A stretch of DNA of 64,000 nt, taken from Raja brachyura (Eukaryota). The translations under genes and the position numbers were made by a program. Location: contig OY740808.1 in assembly GCA_963514005.1 (NCBI GenBank), positions 30,194,001 to 30,258,000 on the forward strand, given 5' to 3'. Positions 24,420-38,434 of this stretch are shown piece by piece. The notes beneath the pieces were generated by a model. It did not search any database and had not been told where the DNA came from. It worked only from the letters and a program-made list of their open reading frames with translations. The stretch's first letter is position 1, and the number at the start of each line of letters is the position of its first letter.

Positions 24420-26640
24420 TATAGACCTACCCTTATAGCCACAACATTATAACCTGGTCCATTTGAGTTTCGGGTTAATGGTGATCTTCAGGATGCAGAA
24501 GTCATCAATAATAATGTCACTAAATATCAACGGCAGGTCGTTAGACTTCCTCTTGTTGCAGATAGTTATCGCCTGGCCATTCTGTAGCCACACATCAGGC
24601 CAGGGGTCTTACTAAACAAAGACATGTATTGTTTAGGAAGGAACTGCAGTTGCTGGTTGTAACCAAAGATAGACCCAAATCGCTGGAGTAACTCAACAGG
24701 TGATAGGTGATATTGAGTCAAGACCATTCTTATTGCCACACTTGGTGACGTACTGCACAGGAAATTCAATAGTGTGCCATCATCAAACATCCCCTTGTGA
24801 TGGATGATGATCATTATTGTTGTTGAAGATGCATAGGCCAGGAGTCTGTCTTGAGGAACTTCTGTAGTGATACTAGGTCAACAATGATTGACCTTCAAAA
24901 CCAACATCTATTCCCCCTTGAGTCCTTTGAATGATGCGTTATCACATGGATGCCCACTGACTTCAGTTTTTACCACTGCTCCTTCATGCTGCCTTGATCT
25001 CAAAGGCAATAACGCTCCTACTTTATCTCTGGCACTCAGCTGTTTAAATCAAGGATGTGATAATGTCAGGTATGCAAACTGGGCATCACAAACAGGTTAT
25101 GGTAAGGTATGTGGCCCTTGACAGCTTTATCAATGACATTTTCCATCACTGTTGGTGATTGAGGGTAGACTAGCTTGATGGTAATCAGTAAGATTTGATT
25201 GTCCTGCTTTTTATGAACAGGACATACCTGGGCAATTTTCTATGTTGACAGTTGGTTATCGGTGTTAGTACTGATACAGCTTTGACAGAAGCACGGCTTG
25301 TCCTGTAGTATAATCTTCAGTACTACAGTTGAGATGTAATCTGGTCCCAGATACTTTGCTGCATTGAACACTCTCAACAATTTATTCTTTCAGGTGCTGC
25401 AAGTCAAATTGGCTGAGGTCTGGCTTCTGCAATTGTGAGTATCTCAGGAGGATTTCCATGATAGATCTTGCACTGGGAACTTCAAGCTGAACATTGCTGG
25501 TCCTGCTCGCTTTGAGGATGATGATTTTCCGAGGTCTTCTTTTGTTAGCTGTTTAATGTCCACTAATATTCATGGCCAAATGTGGCAAATTTGAAGAGGT
25601 TTAAATCTGATAATTACTTGTGGATCGCTTAGCTTACTTTATTGCATCTGTTTAGTGCTCCCATAATCCTTTTGTTGCAGTTACACCAGGTTCGTAACTC
25701 ATTTAAAAAAAAAGTTACCAGTCGTTTTGCAGTCCTCAATCAGTTGATCCAAAAGGTGAAGTTAATTGTGGTCGTGAATATTTCTACCTGCTGCTGATGA
25801 TCCAGTGTGCTTCATAGATATCATGTTTTGAACTGGGGTGGAGATCTCTTCTAAAACTAACCCAAGAGCAGAATGCTGTTTGACAAGGTCAGACTTTTGT
25901 TTGACCTATGTGTGGGACTTCCAATTTAGACACCTAATGTTGATGAGGAGGGCCTTTCAAAAGTGAGTGGATTAGGAGATGCCACTGTTCGAGAAAAAAT
26001 GAAATTGGACAGAGTGCCCAGTCATCAGTGCGATTCAATCTTAAGCTACTCCTCCAATGCAGCAAAATATAGAAACTAACTTCCCTCTGGGAAATAGTTA
26101 CTTTGTCAAGGTGCATTGGAGCAGGTGAGGCTGGCAAAAGGGTGTGATTACAATGAATGCCTCAAAGGCCAGAGAGAAACATTGTCAAAAGGTTGGAAAT
26201 ATATTTTCCAGTCATCAGCACCTCTTCTATGTGTTGTTTAACATAGAAGTGTACTGATACATCAGTTGACAGAGAATGTAGGTGGTAATCAGACGTTTCC
26301 CTAACTCATGTCTGCCTAATGCTGTGTGACTCTTGGGATCTCGTGTTCTTGTTTTGGACTTCCACGACTATACGTTTCTACTCCCACCAGCAGGTGTGTC
26401 TTAGTTGTGGGATAGGTCAGCCCAAGGTCTGGGAGGAGTCCAGCACGATGTTTTTATGGGATGATTCTGTGAGTACAACCATGTCAGACTGTTGTTCGAC
26501 TAATCGGTAGCACTCCTAATTTAGATACCTGATGTTTATGAAGAGGGCCTTTCAAAACTGAGTGGGTTGGGTGATATTTACCTAGTAATGCAACTGGTTT
26601 TATTATTTTCCTGCTTCAGCAAAACTGTTATGGGACAACT
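24420..26640 (-). mobile_element. Ancient non-LTR retrotransposon (CR1/L2-group RT and APE remnants), with a Penelope-derived piece near 24628-24730
   Basis: Minus-strand KIAQVCPVHKKQD at about 25200-25240, with further decayed RT/APE-like sequence. Confidence 0.5.
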
Positions 26641-28929
26641 AAATTGCAGGATGGGCTCAAGAGTCTGAATAAGCATAATACGTAATACTCCAAAATCCTC
26701 CCACCTGTCAGGAATATTGTTTTAAAGTGAGAACATTCTTGGACCATTTTTCAAACTTTTCATTCTATACAAGCTAAACTTTAATGAGCCATATTAATGT
26801 CAGAGTGAAACAACTTAGTTCTTTATTTATAGTTCTAATATAATTATTTTGCCAATAAATGCTGGATCACAAAACTTTATATTTGTGGATTCAAATAGTC
26901 AGATGCACATGCACATTCATGCACATGTAGTTAAGAGGCAGTGTTTTATTGTCATATGTTCCACACAGAACAATGAAATTCTTACTTGCAGCAGCACAGC
27001 AGAATATGTAGAACAGAATATGTTAAACAACTGAAACATTGGTAAGTTAAAAGGATCAATATTATTTCAAATGCAACCATAGTTGACAGAACAATGATCG
27101 CCACAGGCAAATGTTTAGCCAAGTCAGAGTAATGGTAGAAAACAAAAAAGGAAAACATTATTTTTAGTTGGTATTATCTGTGCATTGTAGAAGAATATTA
27201 CTCCGTGATCCATATGCACATTTATTTCCAGTTCATATCATTTAGATTATATCTGTTTTATGGATATAATGTGGCTGAAGTTAAGTAGACAATTTGATTC
27301 AAATATAATCTTAATGATTAAATTGTGGAATACCCCAGCAGATAATGTGTCTGGATAGAAATGGTTTAGACAGGAAATGTTGAAATTAACACTTTTACGG
27401 TTGGAGTTATAAAATGTGTCAGATTCTAAAACAATAACCAAGGGAGATCTCAAAGCATGATCCAGGCACATGTGACGAAAAATATAATTCTTGGCAAGTA
27501 CAAGCAGCCAAACTACAATGATTCTTGCGATTTAAAGATCAAGTATGATACCTCAAAATTACGATCAGAAGCCAAATATTTTCATGCAAACGTTTTTTAG
27601 ATTAATACGTAAAGAATAAAAATACTATAAAATGCACCAGGCGGTAACTTGACAAAATCATAAACCACTGAATGTTTTCATGAGTAAAAATTCTATAATC
27701 TAATGATATAAAATAAAGATATCAATCATAAATATAACAGTGGGACAGAGAACGGCAACTGCCAACTTATCCCGGATCTTTTTCAGAATATTCCGAGTAC
27801 ATTTTAAAACTCAGGAATTTACAAAGCATTTTATCCCTTTAAGGACTTCAAAAATAACTCACTAATTTGCTACATCAGTATATTCTTTTATTTGAATCTA
27901 TAATGTTCATTGCCAGCTATTCTCATTTCTGTTGTCAGAAATTCAATAATCGAACTGTTAGTCTTTGTCTGCGCATTCAAGACAGTCTGTATTTCAAACA
28001 GAAAATTAGTACACTCATTGGTGTCCCCCAGCAGGACTAATGTCAAGTAAAAGAATGATCAATCAGCACTCAAACACAATGAAGTGTTCTTAACATTTCA
28101 GCAACAATGCTCAATGTGTTCACAACCACCTCCACACCGCACCATGATTGCATCCTTTCCTTTTTGACCCTTGCTTTTTCACCCCTAACGTCAAACCCAA
28201 ATCATTTTTTCTGATTCTCCCTTGCAGCAAGGACTGACAGGTGAGAACGAAGCCCTTGAAAATCATCCTCTCCAATTCCCTTCATACGCATCAGCCAGAC
28301 AAGCCTGGGTGATTTCTAGCTACAAACTGAGAAATTACCATTTGAAAAAAGTGCCATCAGACAGTCTGTCTCGAGGGTGAAAATTAAAATCTTCTACCTT
28401 GCAAGATCCAGAGGGAATTCATATTCACAGAATTTCAACCCTCATCATCAGAGGAGCTTGCTATAGAACTGACATCTTTTCATTTCATCAGGCTTATGCT
28501 AATTTTAATAGTACATGCCCAACTTTAATATAGAACAGGTTGAGCAGCACAGCATGCATGGCACACTATTCAACACTAGAAAGTATTGTTAATACAACAT
28601 GCTTTAATAATTAACTTTATAAATTATGAAATCGAACTTAATTTTTTGGTTTGAATTAAGTTTATGTTTTAAATCAAACAGAGAAATATGAAATAGTAAA
28701 TAGTGGTATTTTAATACATATATACATTATTTTCCTGGAATATAAAAGTGACCATAAACAATGTTATAATACTCCAAGTGTTTGGTACTTATTTTAGAAA
28801 TGCCCAAGGTCAGGTTAGAATTAAACCCTTGAAATCCAAGAATAGTATATCTAATGCAGGAATTCTAAAATTGAGGCAGCAGCTCTTTTAGACAGTATAT
28901 AATTTTCAACTATATTTTAAACAGAGTAT

Positions 28930-29126
28930 AACGCAAAGCACTGGAGTAACTCAGGTTGCATCTATGAAGGATTTGGATAGGCAACATTTCGGGTCATAAC
29001 GCTTCTTTGGAGATGGTTTGAAGGATTCTGACCCGAAACGTCACCGATCATGTCCTCCACAGATGCTGCTGAAGCACTGAGTTACTCAAGTGCTGTGATT
29101 CAAGTATCTGCAGTTCCTTGTGTCCC
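28930..29126 (+). mobile_element. Old palindromic Penelope-derived element with tail
   Basis: Imperfect inverted arms (GGAGTAACTCAG / CTGAGTTACTC), GACCCGAAACGTCACC, tail ATCTGCAGTTCCTTGTGTC. Confidence 0.7.
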
Positions 29127-32100
29127 TATATAGATTTAACATTCCTGTCCTATTTTTGAAAGGATACATATTTGTGATACGGTTATACAGCTGACAGCCT
29201 TCTCCAACCAAATAAAAGTGAGAAGTAAGGAAATTGATGTGCAAGCATTGCTTTGCTGCTCGTGTTTATGTTGTAGTCATAAAGTAACTTAGGTCTTTGA
29301 CAAAATAATGAACAGGTATAAACCTGACCGAAGTGGGGGAAAAAAAAATTCTACTGCCTGCAGAAAATGCAAAAAAGAACAAGCATGGATTCCATTTTAC
29401 CTTCAACTTTATAGATTTTTATTTCTAGTATTGTAGGCTATTCATGCTTCGTGTATTTTGTTTGTATTCATGGGTTTTAACGAACAGACCATATTAATCC
29501 GAGCTATTACTGCTTGTTTCATTTATTCTTGGTAAATCAACGATTTTTGAGAGAAGTAAATTTGGCTACCAATGCATTTGTAGTATCTTGATATATTATC
29601 ATATCTTGTTTACAATCTGAAACACGATATCCAATTAAACAATATCCATGGTACGTCATTGGACCTCATCAGTACCCGTTTCCTATTTGCACGTTGTACA
29701 CACCCAAATGATGAACAACTGAAGATTTAAGAATATTATTACACCAAGAGCAGTTTTTCTGAAGTTTAATACCTCATGTAATTTTGTATCTCTGTGGTAT
29801 TCTCACTGGAAGTATGCCCATATTTCACAGTATTTTAGTCATCCAATTATTGCATACATCATGTCAACAACATCAACCAAGGAAGGGCATATATATTGAT
29901 TTACAGTCTTTTCTTGGAGATATCCAAACATCTAATATTGAGTGGGAGGAAAAGACAAACAGACAAAAGAGTGCAAATGGTTTTGCTGAAGGTTGAATAC
30001 GAATGAAATGGATGATGTGCGAAATAGAAAGTAAAGATTTTTCAGCATTATCACAACTACATTTTCATGTAGTCAATGCAGCAGTCTAGTGGCCTCTAAA
30101 TGAGGGACCAATAAAGAAACTAATATTTACATCTATCCAATAATGTACCAACTTTCTTCAAGTAGCTTTTTGTTATTGTCAGCAAAATACAAAAAGTCCC
30201 CAAAGTATGGATGTATTGTAACCATCCATGAATGTCACATACTCGGCTGTTCTATGACATAATTCTTCACTGCTAATTACCTATAAACTTGCATACAAAC
30301 AATCCTTCTTCCTTATTTATAGAGTACTTGTGTACACTCCAGATATTCTCATCCCTTCTACACCTACTAGGACTTGCTCAAAAATCAGCGAAACTAAAAC
30401 AAACCAATTTGTTTTTTTTGTCAACTAAATAGGCAATATCTTTTTAATTCACATCATAGCCAAATATTTTTTTAACACATGTCAGTTCCAACCTATGGAA
30501 TTATTTTGTTGTATAACATTGTTTTCATTTAAAAGAGAACGTCAATCACAAACAAAAACAAGACATTTCTTGTGTTAAATTTACAACACTAATATTTCTT
30601 ACCTAATTAGTTGAAGTGGAAATTTGGTGCAAGCAATGTATTTTAAAAATTGGTATAAGAAGGTACTTTAAAAAAAATAAGTCAGCTGAATTTATAAATG
30701 CCCCAGCCCATCACCAAGTAGCCGAGCGGTAATCTGAAAACAGGTTGTTCTTGTAAAATAGGATTAACCCGTAACCATTATATCATTTAAGAATACCATA
30801 CAAACTGTAACATAACAAACAGCTTAACATTTTACCTGCATCCAATCTAACAATGCTTCATTTCTTTCTTCCCCTTTTCCTCAAGGACATGGGGACGTTC
30901 CATCCACCCATTAAAATGTGTGCATTTCTCTTCCAAATTTCACGTGTTTGATTTGTGATTATTTGCACATTTGGTTATTTATTCTTTTTAAGTGTAGCAG
31001 CTGTAAACATCTACTAAGAGCTTGCAGGAGGTCTGTTTTAAATAGACATCCTGCATACCAAATAATATTTTGTAAGATACCGCAGAAATCTTAAGAGCAG
31101 TAAATAGAATGATGAGAGAAGTGGCAGTAAACTTTACACACTCGTTACACTAGTGTAGCATTTTTCATTATTACTAAACGCATTATCTTATGATTTTTGT
31201 TTAGAAAGGCAAGTGGAGAAAGCAGAACCAGTCCAATAAAGGGTATAAAACAGAAAAATAGTATTTTATTTGAATCATATTTTACAAACTACGACTGTGA
31301 CCATCTGCACTATGCATCACATTGAAATTGCCCCGCATTAAAAATTCACCATCAAGTGAATTTTCAAGGGATTTGCAGTAATTAGATGACAAAATGCTGG
31401 GAAATCTCAGCCGCACTGAAGATGTTACTCCGGGGTCAAAGACTCAACACTTTCAGCTGGGTAATTTGTAAGTGTCAATCACGCTCAGCCATCAGAGAAC
31501 AGATCTAACGGCTGAATTCTAAGTAACTTCACAACATAGCCTTCAGCTATGAAGCCTGCTTTTGAAGTACAAGGGTATTTATTACAGAGGCCAAATTTGA
31601 AACAAGCTACATTTAAAAAAAATGCACATTATTATACCGATGTGGATTTTGAAGCATGCTGCTCATCACCAGGAGAAGCAGGGTTGAATCTACCGCCACA
31701 TTCATCCTTTACAATCATCAACATCACCTCAAAAACATGAGAGCAGTAAACACATCTTAATGTTGGTAAACAGACCCTCGCCCTAAGACCAGGATCATTA
31801 TCTACATGACAAGAAGCTTACAACATGTTATTTTAAGTGGCTCACTAACACATCTGTTGTTTGGCATGATACTAAGTTCTCTTACACGGCATCAAATTTG
31901 AACACGTAATTAGCTGCGAAAAGCAAAATAGAGTATTTGTGATAGCAACCACAATTCCTTATCACAAATTAATGATGCTCATTTCAAATTGACATCTCCA
32001 TTAATAGGGTAACTGCATTTTCCCTTTCCAGGTCAAATGAAACCAGACTAAACTGACATATCCTAAAGCTACAGTACATCAAATGTATTATGCAAAAAAA

Positions 32101-32266
32101 AAGTCTGTGTGGGTCAAAGACTATGTAAATAACATTGCAGCACCTACAGGAGAAACCTTATCCGTATTGCAACACATTGCATAACGTTTTTCCAGAAGAG
32201 TTAGAGGAAAGAGATCGAGAAAATGTTAGTTTCACAAGCCATTTGAAAATATTATAATTTTCATTA

Positions 32267-32470
32267 GAATCATAGAGCTATACAGTATGGAAACAGGCTC
32301 TTCGGCCCTATTTGTCCATGCCGGCCAAGTTGGCATTATAGCATATGCCTGCATTTGGCCCATCTCCCTCTCAACATAGAGGGATATCGACCTACCTATC
32401 CATATGCTTGTTCAAATGACTTTTGAAAGTCGTAATTGTATCCCTTCTATAGTTTCCTCTGGCAGCTCAT
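32267..32470 (-). mobile_element. CR1 LINE 3' end
   Basis: GAATCATAGAG...GGAAACAGGCTCTTCGGCCC...CCTCTGGCAGCTCATT. Confidence 0.7.
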
Positions 32471-35206
32471 TTTATTACAAATAATAAACTGCTTAAAAAT
32501 ATAATGGATCGATGCAAATATCCAGCTTGCTCTCTAGATCTTTTTGGAAAAGTATTTAATTTTGTTCAAACATGTCATTTATTGATTATTCATCGAGCGT
32601 TTTTCATTTCTTTATATCTTCTTGGACCATTACTTCAATTGTTCCTTTTCCCACGTTTGGTTCTGGCTGATATACGTTCTTTCACAGAAAACTATTTCCA
32701 ACTTCTGAGTGACAATGAAGGACCAATGTACCAGAGAGAGTTAAGACTGAGCATGGTGCTTCATTAGTTTCCATTATGTTTGAATATCGTGTCTTCAAAT
32801 GTTTTTGTAATATTCAATTGTTAATAACGTTATTGCTGAGATTTGATATTTTAAGGGAAAGCTTACATTGGTTCTATGTATAGGCCATGTACTCCCTCAA
32901 TTCACCAGCTTCAGTGTCTGCCAATAGGTTAATAAAACCAAGCTAAATAGAGTGCCCTGTTTGACATATTTCCCTGTGAATAAAAGCCTGGCATCTGTCT
33001 TTTACATTTTCACAGCAACATGGATGAGATCAGGAACTCACTGCCTTTAGGATTAAATCGATGGTGTATCATGTTTTCTAAAGAACTATGCCAATATGTT
33101 ACTGTGGAAGGTCAATAATTTAAAATAATGGAGGTAATCTGGGAGCCTCCTTACAAAAACAATGGAGAAAACATATTCCACACAAGAACCACATATCCAT
33201 AAAAAGATTCTAATCCACGTCTCAAACTGAATATTGTGGTCATTTATTTTTAAATGTTGAAATTGTGATATCAACTCGTGTAAATAATTAAGCTGCAAGC
33301 AAATACATATAATATTGACATTTGTTCATCAGTATTTTTTATTTGATAATGATTTACTGATGGATGTCTTTGTTTTTGGTAAATTAATTCACAACACGCA
33401 TAAATCCAATGATGGTTTACAGAGGTGCAATCAGACAAAAATATGGAGAGTGTGGGAAGTAGGTAATAGGAAAAGGTGAGAAAATGCGTGATTGAGAGAT
33501 ATGCTGAACCTTCGGAGTTTAGCATTTTTCTGTATTTTAATAAAGTTAAAATACAGAGATGTGCTTTGGAGGTGCATTTTGCTACTGCTGGTATGTAATT
33601 AAATGTCTTTTCAACTTGTGTTTTCTTAAAATCTATTTTATAGTTAATGAATCTTGTGTCATTTTTCAATCATTCAATTCCCTAGCTGTAAGAGAAGGCA
33701 AATAGCCTGCCTATAGGTCATTTCCAATGTTGATAAGAGGTTGCTGTTTGCTGGAGTTTGCTGCCATATCAAGACTCTACCTTTGCCTACTAATAGTCAC
33801 TGCAATTCAAAACTAATTCATGTGTGAAATGCTGCGATTCCCTGTCAGCATTCACAGATGTTTCACAAAGCATGAATTGTTTAAAAAAAATCCCCAGCAA
33901 ATGTCATCATCCAAAAGTATAGTTGCAGCAAGAAATTCTGCTCCAGAAATGCAGTACAATTTTAATGAGCTTAGCTAGTTATTCGCATCAGTCTTGTAAT
34001 GCCAAAATCCACTATTTTAAAGAAACTGATTAAATGAATGTAGATTAATAAACAAATGCTTAAATACTTAAAACAAGTTCAAGTTTGTGTCCTTAAATTA
34101 TGACAAATTTAAATTAACTCTACTAACACCTTTCAAAATTCAGTAACCTTAAATGTATTTTTCAAGCAGAGTTGAACCATACTCTTACAGCTTGTTCAGA
34201 ATGACTTAAAATGCAAAATAATTCATGAATTCTCACATCTCTTTTTTAATTGCCTCACTTTTGTAGGTGTATTTTCACCATTCTTTTTAAATATGCAGAG
34301 GACCATTTGTCATGAATGAGTAATTACTCTGCATTATCTATGAAAATATATAAGTATGAGCATGAGCCAGTGAATAATGAACACTTATTTTATTCAAGTG
34401 TACCGATGAGTTTAGTATATAGAGGATCCACATTTGAAAGCAAATGCAGCCATTTCTAAAATAGCGAGGGTGCAAACAAGCTTGCTGTACAATAAGTAGA
34501 ATCCAGATCCCTAATACTCATGAGGGAATAACTTTAAAAGATGCCCATCCGACTCCTAGGGCCCAACAATGTGTTTATGGCAAGAGAGCAAATTGTTTTC
34601 AGTATAGAAATTCCAGCCATAACATATTTAAAAAAATCCACAAATATATAAAAATAAATCATCCAGAGATTTTGAACTGAGCAGAAACAGATCCCATTGT
34701 TAGATACAACTTTATATGGACTGTACATCCTAATACTCATTAACAGCTTAACAAAAAAGGTTTAAGTGACTCACTAGATTCTGTCACGTGATCAATTTCC
34801 TTTCGTATACAGAGGTTACTCAGAGATTTCATTCTATTTCTCCACATGGATTCTTTAAGAAAAAGGAATTACAGGTGTGATTTTTTTTGACAACTGTAAT
34901 GTACTTTCAATGTGCTATGCACAATATTATTTATTGAAACGACTTCCTAAAATACAATTAAAGTTTAAATCATAGTTGTTAAGTTTCCTTTCAACATTCC
35001 CGCATTCATTTCGACTAATTAGCCTGCAGAAGCCCACAGGTAGTCCAAGGTTTCACTGAGCTTGCTCATTCACTGATCTCATTCTCTACAGATCTGAAGA
35101 CTGACATCTCTGGTCCAGATATGGACAAGTGCCCAAATCCTGAATGGTAACACGGCATTGAACTGGCATAATCAGGCGATGCAGAACAAGGCCTCCCATG
35201 AAGGAT

Positions 35207-35322
35207 CAGAGGGCAAAGCCTTAGAATAAAGCGACAAACCTTTAGAATGGAGATAAGGAAGAATTTCTTCAGCCAGAGGGTGGTGAATCAGTGGAATTCC
35301 TTGCCACAGACGGCGGTGGAGG
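35207..35322 (+). mobile_element. CR1 ORF2 3' fragment
   Basis: TTTAGAATGGAGATAAGGAAGAATTTCTTCAGCCAGAGGGTGGTGAATCAGTGGAATTCC. Confidence 0.75.
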
Positions 35323-36881
35323 TAAATTGTTTTGATTTACTTAGTGTGCTTTGGGTTAGATTTTAAATGATTTCATGTAGTTTTAATAATTGTTTATAAG
35401 ATATTAATCATGTAAAATTCATTTCTTCACATTTATGTTTCTAAATTAAATACAATGCTAGTTTTGACAGAAAGCAAATCTCCACCTCCAAGTTGGTCTT
35501 CCGTCAAAGCTTGTCGGGGGCCATTTGCATGAGGCAATTTGAGGTCAAGTTTCCAATAAAAATCTTGCCACCAAAGTTGAGGCTGTTAATGCCTTGTGAC
35601 AATCAAGAGCATTCAAAATTTATTAACAATCGAAAAATAAACAGAATAAAAGACACTTAAATCATTAAAAACAGGAAAAGCACAAATAATTAAAATTCAT
35701 AATAATTCACATTTTTACTCATATTTGACAATCACTATTAAAATGAATGAACTTAACGCTCCTGCTCCGTCTATCTAGACACAGGGTCTAAGAGCTGTAT
35801 AAGTGATAGTGAAGTAGTGCAAGCATCTGCCCTATTGTTAAACTCCCTGCAAGGAACAGTGATGGCATGCAGCCAGGAAACGATTGGCAGAGTTTAGTTG
35901 GAAAGTTTAGAACTTCTGCATTTACGCTCGAGTCACAAAATTTGCTGGCACATCAGAATTATGCATATGGTATGATGGCCGAATATTCAGTGGAAATTTC
36001 TGTCAGCAACTAACTGCCCATGCTCGCTGACAACTACAAGCATCAGCAAAACAGAATCATCAAACTTTATTGGCAAGGTCTGGTCTAATAAATTGCTCGG
36101 CAAGATTATAAAAGAATGTGGAGAAGTTAACCTGCAGAACAGCCAAGATCAAACTGAACAATGACATAGGCATAAGAGACTGAATAACATATTCCTGCTT
36201 GTGTCTGTCCAGCTTTCTTTTTATTGAACTTGGCAGTGAAAGTTTACCGGGAGTGCCTTTTATGAGAGAAGAAAAAGTCAGCCACTTAAAACCAAATTAA
36301 AGCCAAAAGATTATGCTGGAACCAGTGGTCACATTTCTACTGGTTTATTTTTTAAGGCAACAATCACAACAAACTGATTCCAGTCCTGCTGGTGATACAG
36401 CACTCAGTGTGGGGCCTTCAGAATGTAAATACCATTAGCGTAGCATGAGAAAATTTCAAGCATAGAAATACTGAAATATATCTGGGTAGGACATATTGGG
36501 TAGGTCTGATAGACACAATCCACTATCAAAACTGCCATAATATAACTACTGACACATTATGGGAGTTTACCATTCTAGCTATTGGAAATCAGTGGTCAGC
36601 ATCTTTCAGGAAACTTGAGATTTCAGAGCTTATCACATTTGTGCGAAAAACTCTATCTTGACTATTAGTGAAATGGCTGCTGTTCTGCCTCACAATCAAA
36701 AAATAACTGATGACTACTTGGAAAAAAAAAATCTTTTTCTTCTCTATGGCCCTACATTCCTGGTCCAACTTATTGCAGGATTTGGGAATTGATTTAGCTG
36801 AACAAATGCCGGGAAATTTCAATAAACAGATCTCTGTTGCTGAACTCCTTGGGAAGTCCAATGGCGGACTGTCTTGGCAGA

Positions 36882-37040
36882 AGTACTTTCCCCTGCAACT
36901 ACAGGACATGGAACACCTGCCACTTTACCTCCCCCCTTGACTCCATCCAAGGACCCAAACAGTCTTTCCAGATGAAGCAGAGGTTCACTTTTATCTGCTG
37001 TTCCAGGTGTCAACTTCTCTACATTGGCGAGACCAACAAC
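36882..37040 (+). pseudogene. Penelope-like element GIY-YIG endonuclease fragment
   Basis: TFPCNYRTWNTCHFTSPLDSIQGPKQSFQMKQRFT..ICCSRCQLLYIGETN: Cys-rich linker, CxxC and YIGET. The GIY-equivalent segment is deleted. Confidence 0.8.
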
Positions 37041-37837
37041 ACCTCTTGCTCTTATGTTCAAATCATTTTCTTAAACCGGAGACAGAAAATTTCCAACAAA
37101 GTGCAACACCACGTAAAACTGAAACTCACAGCGGATTGAAATGGTGGTGTGGTGTGCAGGGACAAAATAAATGTGGGAGCATTTCTTTCACTGCACAACA
37201 GGTGTAAATCTACAATATAATACAATACAATGAACTTTATTTTTCCGTTAGGAACATTTTCATTGTTCTACCATGAGACCTGTACTGAAACCCTAGATTG
37301 ACAGGTCAGTTTCAAAAACCTAGGTTTATGCATCTTAGACACATCTTAGATGCATCTCTTATCACACTTTGTCACTTTTGCAAACTGCCTTTGCATTTAA
37401 AAAATGCTGCAATTAAGTATTTTTATGAAAAGTAAACTTTTCCTTCATGTAATTGACATTTTAACTGTTTTGGTTCTTGTGTCTCAAGTCAAGACTTGAA
37501 TATATTTTACAATAAAATTAAGTTCATTTATCATTACTTCATCAGCATCACAGTTTTTGTGACTGAAGATAGATTCAAGAAAAACGTGAGTGGCAATATT
37601 GAGTGTATTAATGCACAAAACAGGTATAATTTGTGTGTGATGGAAACCAGCTATAGATGAGATTATTGACTTGAAGAAAAACTGATGTACTTTCAGAGCA
37701 TTTCTGTGTAAATGGCCATGAGGTTGGTGGAATAAGCGAGTTTGGTATTTCAACTGCGCATGCTCAGGTCGTAGGTCACTTGAGATAAACATTCTCGGCA
37801 GCTGAGCTGCTGCGTGTATGCAGACCTGCGTTTCATT

Positions 37838-37992
37838 GGTAGTCAGGATCGAACCCGGGTCTCCGGCACTGCAAGCACTGTTGAATTGCAACTGGAGTTA
37901 GATAATGTAGAACAAGTGCAAACGGATAATTGGCGTAGATGTGGTGGGCCAAAGGGCTTGTTTCCGTGCTGTGTCCTGAAACCAAATTAATC
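37838..37992. mobile_element. V-SINE fragments (minus-strand head, plus-strand tail)
   Basis: GTAGTCAGGATCGAACCCGGGTC and GGTGGGCCAAAGGGCTTGTTTCCGTGCTGTG. Confidence 0.6.
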
Positions 37993-38082
37993 TAACAAGG
38001 TAAAGGTAAGTCATCAGAGGAAGCAGGGAGGGTGACACAGGAACAAGTGGGATTGAAGGGAGGACCAAATTCTGGGACCATA

Positions 38083-38434
38083 AACCACACACCCTCTCCT
38101 GCAAACCCCTAGGAGGCAGATTTGTGAACAGAGTCTCACTACTGTCCCCATCCCCTCCCGAGTGTCCCATCCCTGTCCGGGAGCGGCCGGAGATGTCCGG
38201 AGTAACGGAACACAGGCCCGGAGCAGTGGCGGCCACGGGCTTCCAGCCAGCGAGGAAAAGGGGAGCTAACTCCAGCTCAACTCTGCTCCAACTACCGAGG
38301 AACCAGTTCCCCGAGTGGCTGTCTGTATTATACAGGGGTGAACCACACACCCCTCTCCTACATAACCACAGGAGGCAGATTTGTGAGCAGAGTCTCACTA
38401 CCGTCCCCTCCCGAGTGTCCCATCCCTGTCCGGG
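38083..38434. repeat. GC-rich direct repeat of about 95-99 bp, two copies 258 bp apart
   Basis: AACCACACACCCTCTCCT...GGAGGCAGATTTGTGA...CCCGAGTGTCCCATCCCTGTCCGGG at 38083-38181 and 38341-38434. Confidence 0.85.
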
